From positions 1 through 52,727 of IMG/VR virus record IMGVR_UViG_3300032050_000188: a DNA stretch of 52,727 bases. One strand, given 5' to 3'. The position numbers and the translations under genes are program-made. Positions 18,686 to 26,967 of this stretch are shown in pieces. How positions within the stretch are numbered: the first letter of the stretch is position 1; the number at the start of each line of letters is the position of its first letter. The notes beneath the pieces were generated by a model. That model made no database searches and was not told where the DNA came from. It saw nothing but the letters and a program-made list of their open reading frames with translations. Source of the DNA: a virus. Taxonomy: Duplodnaviria > Caudoviricetes.

Positions 18686-19720
18686 ATGTCGTTGCTACTG
18701 CTGTTTAGAGACAGCGGAAGCGGACCAGCGACACAGGTCCTAACTCCGGACCTGTACAACAACACCCAGACCTTTTACGGTCCAACGGTCACGCGTGGTA
18801 CGGTCACGCTGACTCCGGCGCTGTTTACAAACAGCAACAGCCTTTTCTCTGCTACGGTCAGCGCAACAAACACGTTGACCCCGGCGCTGTACACGAACAC
18901 TAACACGTTCTTTGCAGCAACGGTTTCTCAAGGCGGAGCAACTCAGACCCTTTCGCCTTCGCTGTTTACGAACAGCAATGAGTTCTTCAGCCCGACAGTA
19001 GCTCGTGGCACGGTAACGCTGCAACCGGCTCGGTACGATAACGCACAGAGCTTCTTTGTCCCCACCATTACTCGTGGCGCAGTTGCCCTTACCCCTGCAC
19101 GCTACGACAACGAACAGACCTTCTACGGCCCGACAGTAGCTCGTGGCGCTGTCACACTTACTCCCGCCCGTTACGACAACGCGCAGAGCTTCTTTTCAGC
19201 CACCTTGACGCAGGGCACGGTAACGCTCCAACCGGCTCGATACGACAACAGTCAAAGTTTCTTTGCGTCCACGGTCACGACAAGCAGCACGCTGAACCCG
19301 GTAAGGTACGACAACGAGCAGGTGTTTTTTGCCCCGGTAGTCAGTGACGCGTATATCCTGACCCCTGCAAGATTCGACAACCCGCAGGAGTTTTACGCCC
19401 CTGTAGTTGCCGACACGTACACAGTAACCCCGGAACGGTACGACAACAGCCAGAACTTCTACCCGGCAACGGTTGATGGCGGCAACGTCGTTACCATAGT
19501 TTTGACTGGCGTGCAAGCCGTTGGGCTGTTAGGATACGTAAACGTCTGGGGGCTGACCCCTGGCCCACCAATTTTGGAGTGGGATGCTGTAGAAGATGCG
19601 CAAACGCCAAACTGGGCCGCAGCGGGTACAGTTCAAACACCTGGGTGGCTCCCACCATCAACGACTCAAGTCCCCGGATGGGCGCTTGTGACAGACACGC
19701 AAAACCCCAACTGGCAATAA
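18686..19720 (+). CDS. Repeat-containing fibre-like virion protein
   Basis: 11 copies of ~22-aa L(T/Q)PA(R/L)(Y/F)xNxQxFxxxTV; C-terminal QTP.W repeats. Confidence 0.6.
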   Translation: MSLLLLFRDSGSGPATQVLTPDLYNNTQTFYGPTVTRGTVTLTPALFTNSNSLFSATVSATNTLTPALYTNTNTFFAATVSQGGATQTLSPSLFTNSNEFFSPTVARGTVTLQPARYDNAQSFFVPTITRGAVALTPARYDNEQTFYGPTVARGAVTLTPARYDNAQSFFSATLTQGTVTLQPARYDNSQSFFASTVTTSSTLNPVRYDNEQVFFAPVVSDAYILTPARFDNPQEFYAPVVADTYTVTPERYDNSQNFYPATVDGGNVVTIVLTGVQAVGLLGYVNVWGLTPGPPILEWDAVEDAQTPNWAAAGTVQTPGWLPPSTTQVPGWALVTDTQNPNWQ

Positions 19721-19723
19721 ATT

Positions 19724-20752
19724 ATGGCCTCATACACCACAAGCCTTCGACTGGTACAGCCTGCCACCGGGGAATACTCGGGCACCTGGGGTACTCAGGT
19801 CAACAATGGCCTGACCGCGCTGGTTGATACGTCCATTGCTGGAACTGCCAGCATCACAATGACGGCGGCGAACTACACGCTGTCCAACAACAACGGTGCC
19901 TCAGACGAAGCACGGGCCATGTTCCTTGTGCTTGGGGGGACTCCAGGGGCTTCGTTTAACGTCATCTGCCCTGCGGTCAGCAAGCTGTACTTCGTGACCA
20001 ACAGCACTGGTCATGCGCAGACGGTGAAGACCTCTGCCGGGTCAGGTATCTCTGTGCCCAACGGGGCATCGATGACGCTGCGGTGCAACGGCACTGACGT
20101 TGTTGTGGCTCAGAACTACTTCGGCTCTCTGACGCTGGGCGCGGCTTTACCGGTGGCTTCGGGCGGTACGGGTGCGGCTACGTTGACTGGGTATGTAAAA
20201 GGTGCCGGAACCAGTGCTTTTACTGCTTCTGCAACGATACCTGTTGCGGATTTGTCAGGAACACTTCCCGTTGGGAATGGCGGTACTGGTGCTACCACGC
20301 TGACCGGAGTGTTAAAAGGCAATGGCGCATCGGCGTTTAGCGCTGCAGTTGCAGGCACGGACTATGTGACGCCAACAGGGTCGGAAACTCTGACCAACAA
20401 AACGCTGACCAATCCTTCGGTAAACAACTACACCGAGGGTGTAGTTGCAATTGGTACTGTCACCACCTCACACACTTTTGTCCTAACTTCAGGCACGGTT
20501 CAAACGGCCACACTCACGGCGTCTACTGCCTGCACGTTCACAATGCCAACCGCTACAGCGGGCAAATCTTTTGTGCTACTGCTCAAACAAGCCGCTAGCA
20601 CGGGTAATGGGTCTGCCACATTTACTGGAGTTAAGTGGAGCGCTTTAGGTGCCCCAACAATTACTTTAACCGCTGGCAAAATGGATATCCTTAGTTTTGT
20701 TTCAGACGGAACTAATTGGTATGGATCTTATGCTCAGGGATACACACCGTAA
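19724..20752 (+). CDS. Tail fibre protein
   Basis: TGEYSGTWG N-terminus, LPV..GGTGA repeats, TLTNKTLT, D..SF.SDGTNWYG C-terminus. Confidence 0.75.
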   Translation: MASYTTSLRLVQPATGEYSGTWGTQVNNGLTALVDTSIAGTASITMTAANYTLSNNNGASDEARAMFLVLGGTPGASFNVICPAVSKLYFVTNSTGHAQTVKTSAGSGISVPNGASMTLRCNGTDVVVAQNYFGSLTLGAALPVASGGTGAATLTGYVKGAGTSAFTASATIPVADLSGTLPVGNGGTGATTLTGVLKGNGASAFSAAVAGTDYVTPTGSETLTNKTLTNPSVNNYTEGVVAIGTVTTSHTFVLTSGTVQTATLTASTACTFTMPTATAGKSFVLLLKQAASTGNGSATFTGVKWSALGAPTITLTAGKMDILSFVSDGTNWYGSYAQGYTP

Positions 20753-21531
20753 TGTTTGCAGCTAAAAATTTATTTTTAGTTGGCGCTAATTTGCCGACAG
20801 GTCAACAGGCTTATACAACGCCTGGATCATACTCATGGACTGCCCCTGCGGGCGTTACGTCTGTTTGCGTAGTTTGTGTTGGCGGCGGCGGGGCAGGATT
20901 TTATAACACCTCCACTGATTATGCTGGGGGCGGTGGTGGTGGACTGGGATGGAAAAATAATATAGCAGTTATCCCTGGAAATTCTTACACCGTAGTTGTT
21001 GGTAGCGCAACCGGGGCGAGTTCTTTTATAAGCACAGGTACTGTTTTGGGGGGCGCGGGAGGAAATGGGGCATCTGGTACTGCAGGAATTGGAGGCACGT
21101 ATACAGGTGACGGCGGTGGAAACGGTGGCGACGGCGCGACATACGCATTTATACCTTCTCCTTTCCCAAGCCTAGCTGGCGGCGGTGGTGGCGGAGCAGG
21201 TGGGTATAGCGGTAATGGGGGTTCTGCGGCAAGTAATGGCGGGAATGCCGGTAGCGGCGGCGGCGGCAGTGGTGGTGGCCCGGATTATGGATACAACGGT
21301 AATGATGGTGGGGGCGTAGGTATTTTGGGCCAGGGCTCAAGTGGCGCAAATGTTGACGGGTATCCATCTGGAATTCCGCCCTATGCTGGAAATCCAGGCT
21401 CTGGTGGAACCGGTAAAACCTATGGTGGTGGGCAAGGCGCCGCTACATCTGGTGGAGCAGGGACTGGTGCTGTAAGGATCATCTGGGGTATCGGACGCGC
21501 TTTCCCGTCAACTAATACAGCGGATCTGTAA
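20752..21531 (+). CDS. Glycine-rich tail-tip / receptor-binding protein
   Basis: YTTPGSYSWTAPAGVTSV..VCVGGGG...GAVRIIW; start at ATG 20752 (TAATG overlap). Confidence 0.7.
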   Translation: MFAAKNLFLVGANLPTGQQAYTTPGSYSWTAPAGVTSVCVVCVGGGGAGFYNTSTDYAGGGGGGLGWKNNIAVIPGNSYTVVVGSATGASSFISTGTVLGGAGGNGASGTAGIGGTYTGDGGGNGGDGATYAFIPSPFPSLAGGGGGGAGGYSGNGGSAASNGGNAGSGGGGSGGGPDYGYNGNDGGGVGILGQGSSGANVDGYPSGIPPYAGNPGSGGTGKTYGGGQGAATSGGAGTGAVRIIWGIGRAFPSTNTADL

Positions 21532-21635
21532 TGGAAATTCCTAAGCTCACCCCGGTTGTTCAGTTCTGCACTGCTGCGTTTGCACTGGCGGTGGGGGGCT
21601 TTACGGCCAAGATCAAAGAACTTGTAGAGGTCTAA
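21531..21635 (+). CDS. 34-aa hydrophobic peptide (not in ORF track)
   Basis: MEIPKLTPVVQFCTAAFALAVGGFTAKIKELVEV; overlaps the upstream stop and abuts the next ATG. Confidence 0.45.
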   Translation: MEIPKLTPVVQFCTAAFALAVGGFTAKIKELVEV

Positions 21636-22037
21636 ATGGAGCCCGATCCCATCAAACTCCTGAAGGTCCAAGCTCAAGTTGAGCTTGATCGTCTTGAGGC
21701 GCAAGCCACTGCAAGAGAAGTGGCGTCTAAATCCATTGGCAAACAAGCCTTGGCGTGGATCTTCCTGCTGGTCTTGGTGGGTGTAGGTTCTAGCTTCATG
21801 CTTGCCCCCGAGGCGCTGGCTCCGGTAATCGGTCTTGTAGCTACAGCCACAATGGCTCTGATCCAAATGGTTTCAGGGATCGTTACCGAGACCAAGAAGG
21901 AAGAGAAGCCTGAGGTTGCCATCATCCGTGAGTTGATTGCTCGGCTTGACCAGCGAGAGCCTCCGATGCGCGTTGATGTGGCAGATGGCAAAGTCACAGT
22001 CTCCAAGGGAGATGACAAAGTAACAACGGGAGCCTGA
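21636..22037 (+). CDS. Two-TM membrane protein of the lysis module
   Basis: Two hydrophobic helices; upstream of holin and lysozyme. Confidence 0.55.
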   Translation: MEPDPIKLLKVQAQVELDRLEAQATAREVASKSIGKQALAWIFLLVLVGVGSSFMLAPEALAPVIGLVATATMALIQMVSGIVTETKKEEKPEVAIIRELIARLDQREPPMRVDVADGKVTVSKGDDKVTTGA

Positions 22038-22038
22038 C

Positions 22039-22542
22039 ATGCTGTCTCTTCTTTCCACCCTCGGTGGCCTGTTGATCTCGGGCTTGCCCAAGCTGCTGGA
22101 CTTCTTCCAGAACCGTGCGGACCAGAAGCATGAACTGGCGCTTGCCCGCGTTCAAACAGAGCGGGAACTGCAACTCGCTGCCCAAGGTTTTGCCGCCCAA
22201 GCTCGGATGGAAGAGATCAGGACCGAGCAGGTCCAGATGCAGACTGAAGCCTCCATGACAGAGAGGGCTCTGGAGCATGATGAGAAGGTGCTGGAGAAGG
22301 CATCTCGTTGGGTGGCGAACTACGTTGGGACTGTGCGTCCGACCGTAACCTACATCTTCATCTTTGAGCTTGTAGCCATCAACGCAGCTATTGCTTGGTA
22401 TGCGTTTAACCAGCCTGGGCTGATCAAGGATGTGGACAGCCTGATCCGCGTGACCGCTGTGATCTTCTCTGAAGACGAAATGGCGATGCTCGGCGGGATT
22501 ATTGGGTTTTGGTTCGGGACGCGGAGTTGGAGCAAGAAGTGA
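22039..22542 (+). CDS. Holin (GTA 3TM-holin-like)
   Basis: KHEL coiled coil, VRPTVTY, IIGFWFGTR C-terminus, TM helices. Confidence 0.7.
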   Translation: MLSLLSTLGGLLISGLPKLLDFFQNRADQKHELALARVQTERELQLAAQGFAAQARMEEIRTEQVQMQTEASMTERALEHDEKVLEKASRWVANYVGTVRPTVTYIFIFELVAINAAIAWYAFNQPGLIKDVDSLIRVTAVIFSEDEMAMLGGIIGFWFGTRSWSKK

Positions 22543-22544
22543 AG

Positions 22545-23102
22545 TTACTCTTCGGCCAGACTCGCCCAGCGTTTGCCTTTTTCGATAAGGTAGATGGTGG
22601 AGGCGTGAACGCCAGCAATGATTGCCAAAGAGTTAGCGGAGACGCCGGCACGAAGAGCGCGTCGGATATGAATCACTTGCTGTTGGGAGAGCTTGTGCCC
22701 AGGAGCATTTTCTCCTCGCAAGTCAACAAGCCCCGTGGCCCATTGATGTTTGGTGTTCTCCGAAGGAGTTACCCACTCAAGGTTTTCCGGTCTGTTGTCC
22801 AGTTTGTTTCCGTTGATGTGGTTGACCGTCAGCCCATCCACAAAACCGGGCACAAAAGCCAGGGCAACCAACCTGTGAACAAAAACTTTTGGACGTATGT
22901 CGCCAAGTTTTGCAGAGACAACGTGGTATCCGTTGCTGCTGACCCACGGACGAATCTCTGTGGCTTGACGAACGCTGGTAAAAGACTGCTGTTTGCCATT
23001 TCTAGTTCTAATAGATGTGGTAACAATCTCTGGTCGAAAGATGCTGGCATCCTCGCGGACAAGCCACTCAATGCCTTTTTCGGTAACGGGTATTTGCTTC
23101 AT
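22545..23102 (-). CDS. HNH homing endonuclease, antisense inside the lysis cassette
   Basis: VHRLVALAF...VNHINGNKLDNRPENLEWVTPSEN..H plus C-terminal HTH; start set at ATG 23102. Confidence 0.88.
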   Translation of the reverse strand: MKQIPVTEKGIEWLVREDASIFRPEIVTTSIRTRNGKQQSFTSVRQATEIRPWVSSNGYHVVSAKLGDIRPKVFVHRLVALAFVPGFVDGLTVNHINGNKLDNRPENLEWVTPSENTKHQWATGLVDLRGENAPGHKLSQQQVIHIRRALRAGVSANSLAIIAGVHASTIYLIEKGKRWASLAEE

Positions 23103-23109
23103 GCTGTCA

Positions 23110-23138
23110 ATGGTACAGTAGGACACGGGTAGAGGCAA
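23110..23138 (-). promoter_or_regulatory. sigma70-like promoter for the HNH gene (leaderless)
   Basis: TTGCCT-17 nt-TACCAT on the minus strand, 7 nt before ATG 23102. Confidence 0.55.
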
Positions 23139-23141
23139 GCC

Positions 23142-23645
23142 ATGCGCTTATCCGACAAGGGCAAAGGGTTAATTCAGTTTTACGAGGGTTTCCGTAACCG
23201 GCCATACTTGTGTTCGGCGCAGGTCTGGACGGTGGGCTGGGGAAGGGTTCTGTACCAAGAGCAGATCAGGCTTCCTGTCGCAAGGGTAGGCGATTACACT
23301 GGGGTCATCCGCAAGGAGTACCCGCTGCGCCCAGAGGACAACCGGGTCTGGAGCCGAGATGAGATTGAAGAGCTTTTCAGCCAGGATGTCGCATCTTTTG
23401 AGCGTGGTGCTCTTCGACTGTCTCCTAATCTGGCTGATCGTCAAGGCGCATTTGACGCTGTTGTTTCTTTTAGTTTCAACGCCGGGTTAGGCAACTACCA
23501 GCGAAGCACCATCCGCATGAAGAACAACCGGGGTGACTTTGAAGGCGCAGCCGACGCGTTCATGGCCTGGACCAAGGGCGGCGGCAAAGAATTGCCTGGG
23601 CTGGTAAAGCGCCGCAAAGATGAACGTGCGCTGTTTTTGGGGTAA
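23142..23645 (+). CDS. Endolysin, GH24 lysozyme
   Basis: YEGFR..PY.C....WTVGWG, FDAVVSFSFN.G, W.KGGG..LPGLVKRR..E..LF. Confidence 0.9.
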   Translation: MRLSDKGKGLIQFYEGFRNRPYLCSAQVWTVGWGRVLYQEQIRLPVARVGDYTGVIRKEYPLRPEDNRVWSRDEIEELFSQDVASFERGALRLSPNLADRQGAFDAVVSFSFNAGLGNYQRSTIRMKNNRGDFEGAADAFMAWTKGGGKELPGLVKRRKDERALFLG

Positions 23646-23647
23646 CC

Positions 23648-25597
23648 ATGCCGTTGAAGAAACTTCTCCCCGCACCCGGCGTAAACCGTGAGAACACGCG
23701 CTACACGAACGAAGGGCGTTGGTACTCCTGCGACAAGGTTCGGTTCCGCCAAGGTACGCCGGAAAAGATTGGCGGTTGGCAGCAGGTAAGCAACGAGCAA
23801 TTCCTGGGGGTCTGCCGCTCTCTTTGGCCTTGGGCAGCACTGGGTGGGCAGACATATGTTGGTATCGGCACCAACTTAAAATATTACATTGCCCTTGCTG
23901 GTGGTGGCGCGTACAACGATGTCACACCTATTAGGGCGGTAACCGCCCCCGGCGATGTATCTTTCTCCGTCACTGTTGGGTCAAACATAATGACCGTGAC
24001 AGATGTAAACCACGGCTGCGTTACAGGCGATTTTGTAACTTTTAGCGGAGCCACTGGGTTTGGTGGAAACGTAACTGCGGCGGTCATTGATCAAGAGTAC
24101 CAAGTCACAGTTTTAACAGCGGACACATACACCGTCGTACTGCCTGTGGTAGCAAATGTCTACGATGACATCTACCTTGATCTTGACTTTGTAACGCCCG
24201 ATTACGAAATCTGGGAAACCGCTGAAACTGCAGTAGCCACATACCAAATCAATGTTGGTGACGCAATTCAAACAGCGGTTACCGGCTGGGGCGCAGGTGG
24301 TTGGGGTAGTGGCGGCTGGGGGGTTGGAACAACAACTACTACGTCAATTCGTATTTGGAACCACTACAACTTTGGCGAAGACCTAATCTTCGGTCCCAAA
24401 GACGGGCCGATGTACTACTGGGATCAGACCGCTGGACTAACAACGCGCGGGGTCGCGCTTACGTCTCTCTCAGGCGCGTCTGATGTTCCCACGGTGCAGC
24501 ACTTGTTGATAGTGTCCGACGCCTCGCGTTTTGTCCTTGCGTTTGGCTGCAATGATTACGGCTCGGCTACGCAAGACCCCATGCTGATCCGGTGGTCGGA
24601 CCAAGAGACTGCTGTCAACTGGACCCCTGCCGCAACCAACCAAGCGGGCAGTCTTCGTGTATCGCACGGATCGGCCATTGAAGCGGTAGCTCAGGTCCGC
24701 CAAGAAATCTTGGTGTGGACGGACGTAGCGCTGTACTCCCTGCAGTACCTTGGCCCTCCGGTGGTGTGGGGTTCGCAGCTTTTGTCAGACAACGTCTCTA
24801 TCGTCTCTGACCGCGCCTGGGGCACGGCTGCTGGCGTCACCTACTGGATGGGTAACGAGAAGTTCTATATGTACGACGGTCGCGTACAAAACCTCGTCTG
24901 CGACTTGCGCCAGTTCATCTTCAGCGACTTGAACTTCAACCAACTCCAGCAGATCTTTGCCGGGACCAACGAACAATTTAACGAGATCTGGTGGTTCTAC
25001 TGCTCCGCAAACAGCACGGCGGTTGATCGCTACGCCATCTACAACTACGTAGAGAAGGCTTGGTACTACGGCAACCTGGGCAGGACCGCCTGGATGGATA
25101 CGAGCGTAGCCTCCAATGTGCCTATTGCTGCGGACTACAACAGCCGACTGATCAACCATGAGACGGGCGTAGACGACAATGCCACGACGACCACGCTCCC
25201 GATTGAGTCCTACATCACTTCTGCTGAGTTTGACATTGAAGACGGACACAACTTCGGGTTTGTGTGGCGGGTCCTGCCTGATGTGAACTTTACTGGTTCA
25301 AGCGCAGCCAACCCGACGATGAACCTGACACTGCTGCCGTTGCAGAACTCTGGCTCAGGGTATACCCGAGGTGTGGACCCTGTTGCGTCGGTAACGTCCG
25401 ATATGTCGGTAGCGGGGGACAACGCTTTCCCCGTAGTACGCAGTGCGACGGTTCCTGTTGAGCGCTATACCGGGCAGGTAAACATTCGGGTACGTGGAAG
25501 GCAGATGTCCATCAAGGCGGCTTCTGACCAGATTGGGGTTCAGTGGCAGTTAGGTGCTTGCCGACTCGATATCCGTCCTGACGGCAGGAAGAGCTGA
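23648..25597 (+). CDS. Tail nozzle / stabilization protein (P22 gp10-like)
   Basis: 649 aa, KVRFR.G.PEKIGGW, IRWSDQE, F.EIWWFY, R.RGRQ, R.DIRPDGR. Confidence 0.7.
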   Translation: MPLKKLLPAPGVNRENTRYTNEGRWYSCDKVRFRQGTPEKIGGWQQVSNEQFLGVCRSLWPWAALGGQTYVGIGTNLKYYIALAGGGAYNDVTPIRAVTAPGDVSFSVTVGSNIMTVTDVNHGCVTGDFVTFSGATGFGGNVTAAVIDQEYQVTVLTADTYTVVLPVVANVYDDIYLDLDFVTPDYEIWETAETAVATYQINVGDAIQTAVTGWGAGGWGSGGWGVGTTTTTSIRIWNHYNFGEDLIFGPKDGPMYYWDQTAGLTTRGVALTSLSGASDVPTVQHLLIVSDASRFVLAFGCNDYGSATQDPMLIRWSDQETAVNWTPAATNQAGSLRVSHGSAIEAVAQVRQEILVWTDVALYSLQYLGPPVVWGSQLLSDNVSIVSDRAWGTAAGVTYWMGNEKFYMYDGRVQNLVCDLRQFIFSDLNFNQLQQIFAGTNEQFNEIWWFYCSANSTAVDRYAIYNYVEKAWYYGNLGRTAWMDTSVASNVPIAADYNSRLINHETGVDDNATTTTLPIESYITSAEFDIEDGHNFGFVWRVLPDVNFTGSSAANPTMNLTLLPLQNSGSGYTRGVDPVASVTSDMSVAGDNAFPVVRSATVPVERYTGQVNIRVRGRQMSIKAASDQIGVQWQLGACRLDIRPDGRKS

Positions 25598-26967
25598 TGA
25601 CTATCTGGTCAACCATCGTCAAGCGCTTCAAAGCGCCGTCATTGCCTAAACCGGAAACGCAGTACGAGCGCGTTTACTTTGACAGTCTCGTCAACATTCT
25701 GCGGTTGTACTTCAACCAGCTAGACAACCTGCTGGAGCAGATCGTGGCGACAACAAACGGCGTGGTGCCTGTAAGTATTGGCGGGACGAACGTAGATGCG
25801 TTTGGCAGGGTACGTGTTAGCCAGCCCTACACGTTGTTTGACTCCCAAAACCGTTACGCTATCGACAATCAGTTCGACACCAGCACGGCTACTGGGGGTT
25901 CAACCACGTACCTGCCCAATGAAGCCTCGGTGCGGATGGATGTCACCACCTCAAGTGGCTCTGAAGTTGTAAGGCAGACTTACAGGTGCATGCCGTACCA
26001 GCCCGGTAAGGGCCTGTTGATGCTGGGCACGTTCGTGATGAACTCGCCCAAGACAGGACTCCGTCAACGGATGGGGTACTTTGGCGCTCAGAACGGCGTC
26101 TTCATCCAGCAGAACGACAGCACCGTTTCCTTCGTCCTTCGGACTTACATCTCAGGCTCCGTGAGCGATGCGCGGGCAGTCAACCAAGCCGACTGGAACG
26201 GCGACAAACTTAACGGCACTGGAGACTCAGGGTATACCCTTGATCTGACCAAAGCGCAGATTTTGTGGACGGACTTTGAGTGGCTGGGAGTCGGGTCTGT
26301 TCGGTGTGGGTTCATCATTGATGGTGAGTACATCGTCTGCCACACGTTTGAGAATGCAAACGAAGTTACTTCTGTTTACATGACCACGGCAATTCTGCCG
26401 GTGCGCTACGAGATCACCAACACCGCAGCAACGGCAAGCGCTTCGTCCATGAAGCAGATTTGTGCCTCCGTAGTTTCTGAAGGCGGCTATGAGCAGACAT
26501 CCATTGAGCACGTAGCGCGTAGAACTGCAACGCTGACCGGGATCAGTACGACCTTTGTGCCTTTGGTTTCCATCCGGCTTGCTTCTACGGCGTTAAACGC
26601 CGTGGTGCTGCCTGCCAAATTTAACGTGATGCCAACCTCAACGGGGGATGACTTTGAGGTAGTTCTGGCTAAGAACTGTACCGGGCTGACATCGGCCTCT
26701 TGGGCTGCGGTAGCAAGTGATGCAAATGTGGAGATGGATACTTCTGCCACTGCTATGACGCTGGGCACCATCGTGGATATCCAGTACGTAAAGTCCACCA
26801 ATCAGTCCAGCGGGACGATCAACCAGACTGCCGGGTACAACTGGGATCTTCAGTTGGGGTCGTCCTTGACGGGGACGAGCGATATCTATACGCTGGGCAT
26901 CCGGGTGCTGTCAGGCTCCTCTGGTGCGGCCATCGGGTCTTTGACCTTCTACGATTTGACGCAATGA
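25597..26967 (+). CDS. Tail-associated protein
   Basis: LRLYFNQLD N-terminal helix, DAFGR.RVS.P.TLFD, YQPGK, EWLGVG.VR.GF beta domain. Confidence 0.6.
   Translation: MTIWSTIVKRFKAPSLPKPETQYERVYFDSLVNILRLYFNQLDNLLEQIVATTNGVVPVSIGGTNVDAFGRVRVSQPYTLFDSQNRYAIDNQFDTSTATGGSTTYLPNEASVRMDVTTSSGSEVVRQTYRCMPYQPGKGLLMLGTFVMNSPKTGLRQRMGYFGAQNGVFIQQNDSTVSFVLRTYISGSVSDARAVNQADWNGDKLNGTGDSGYTLDLTKAQILWTDFEWLGVGSVRCGFIIDGEYIVCHTFENANEVTSVYMTTAILPVRYEITNTAATASASSMKQICASVVSEGGYEQTSIEHVARRTATLTGISTTFVPLVSIRLASTALNAVVLPAKFNVMPTSTGDDFEVVLAKNCTGLTSASWAAVASDANVEMDTSATAMTLGTIVDIQYVKSTNQSSGTINQTAGYNWDLQLGSSLTGTSDIYTLGIRVLSGSSGAAIGSLTFYDLTQ

Noticed and set aside
22509-23132. 207-aa plus-strand ORF spanning the HNH gene
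   Set aside because: Exactly in register with the HNH codons, so probably an antisense shadow; no motifs, although its GTG at 22539 is coupled to the holin stop
22545-23141. Group I intron around the HNH (or the GIY-YIG) gene
   Set aside because: Flanks are too short for an intron core and the neighbouring genes are intact
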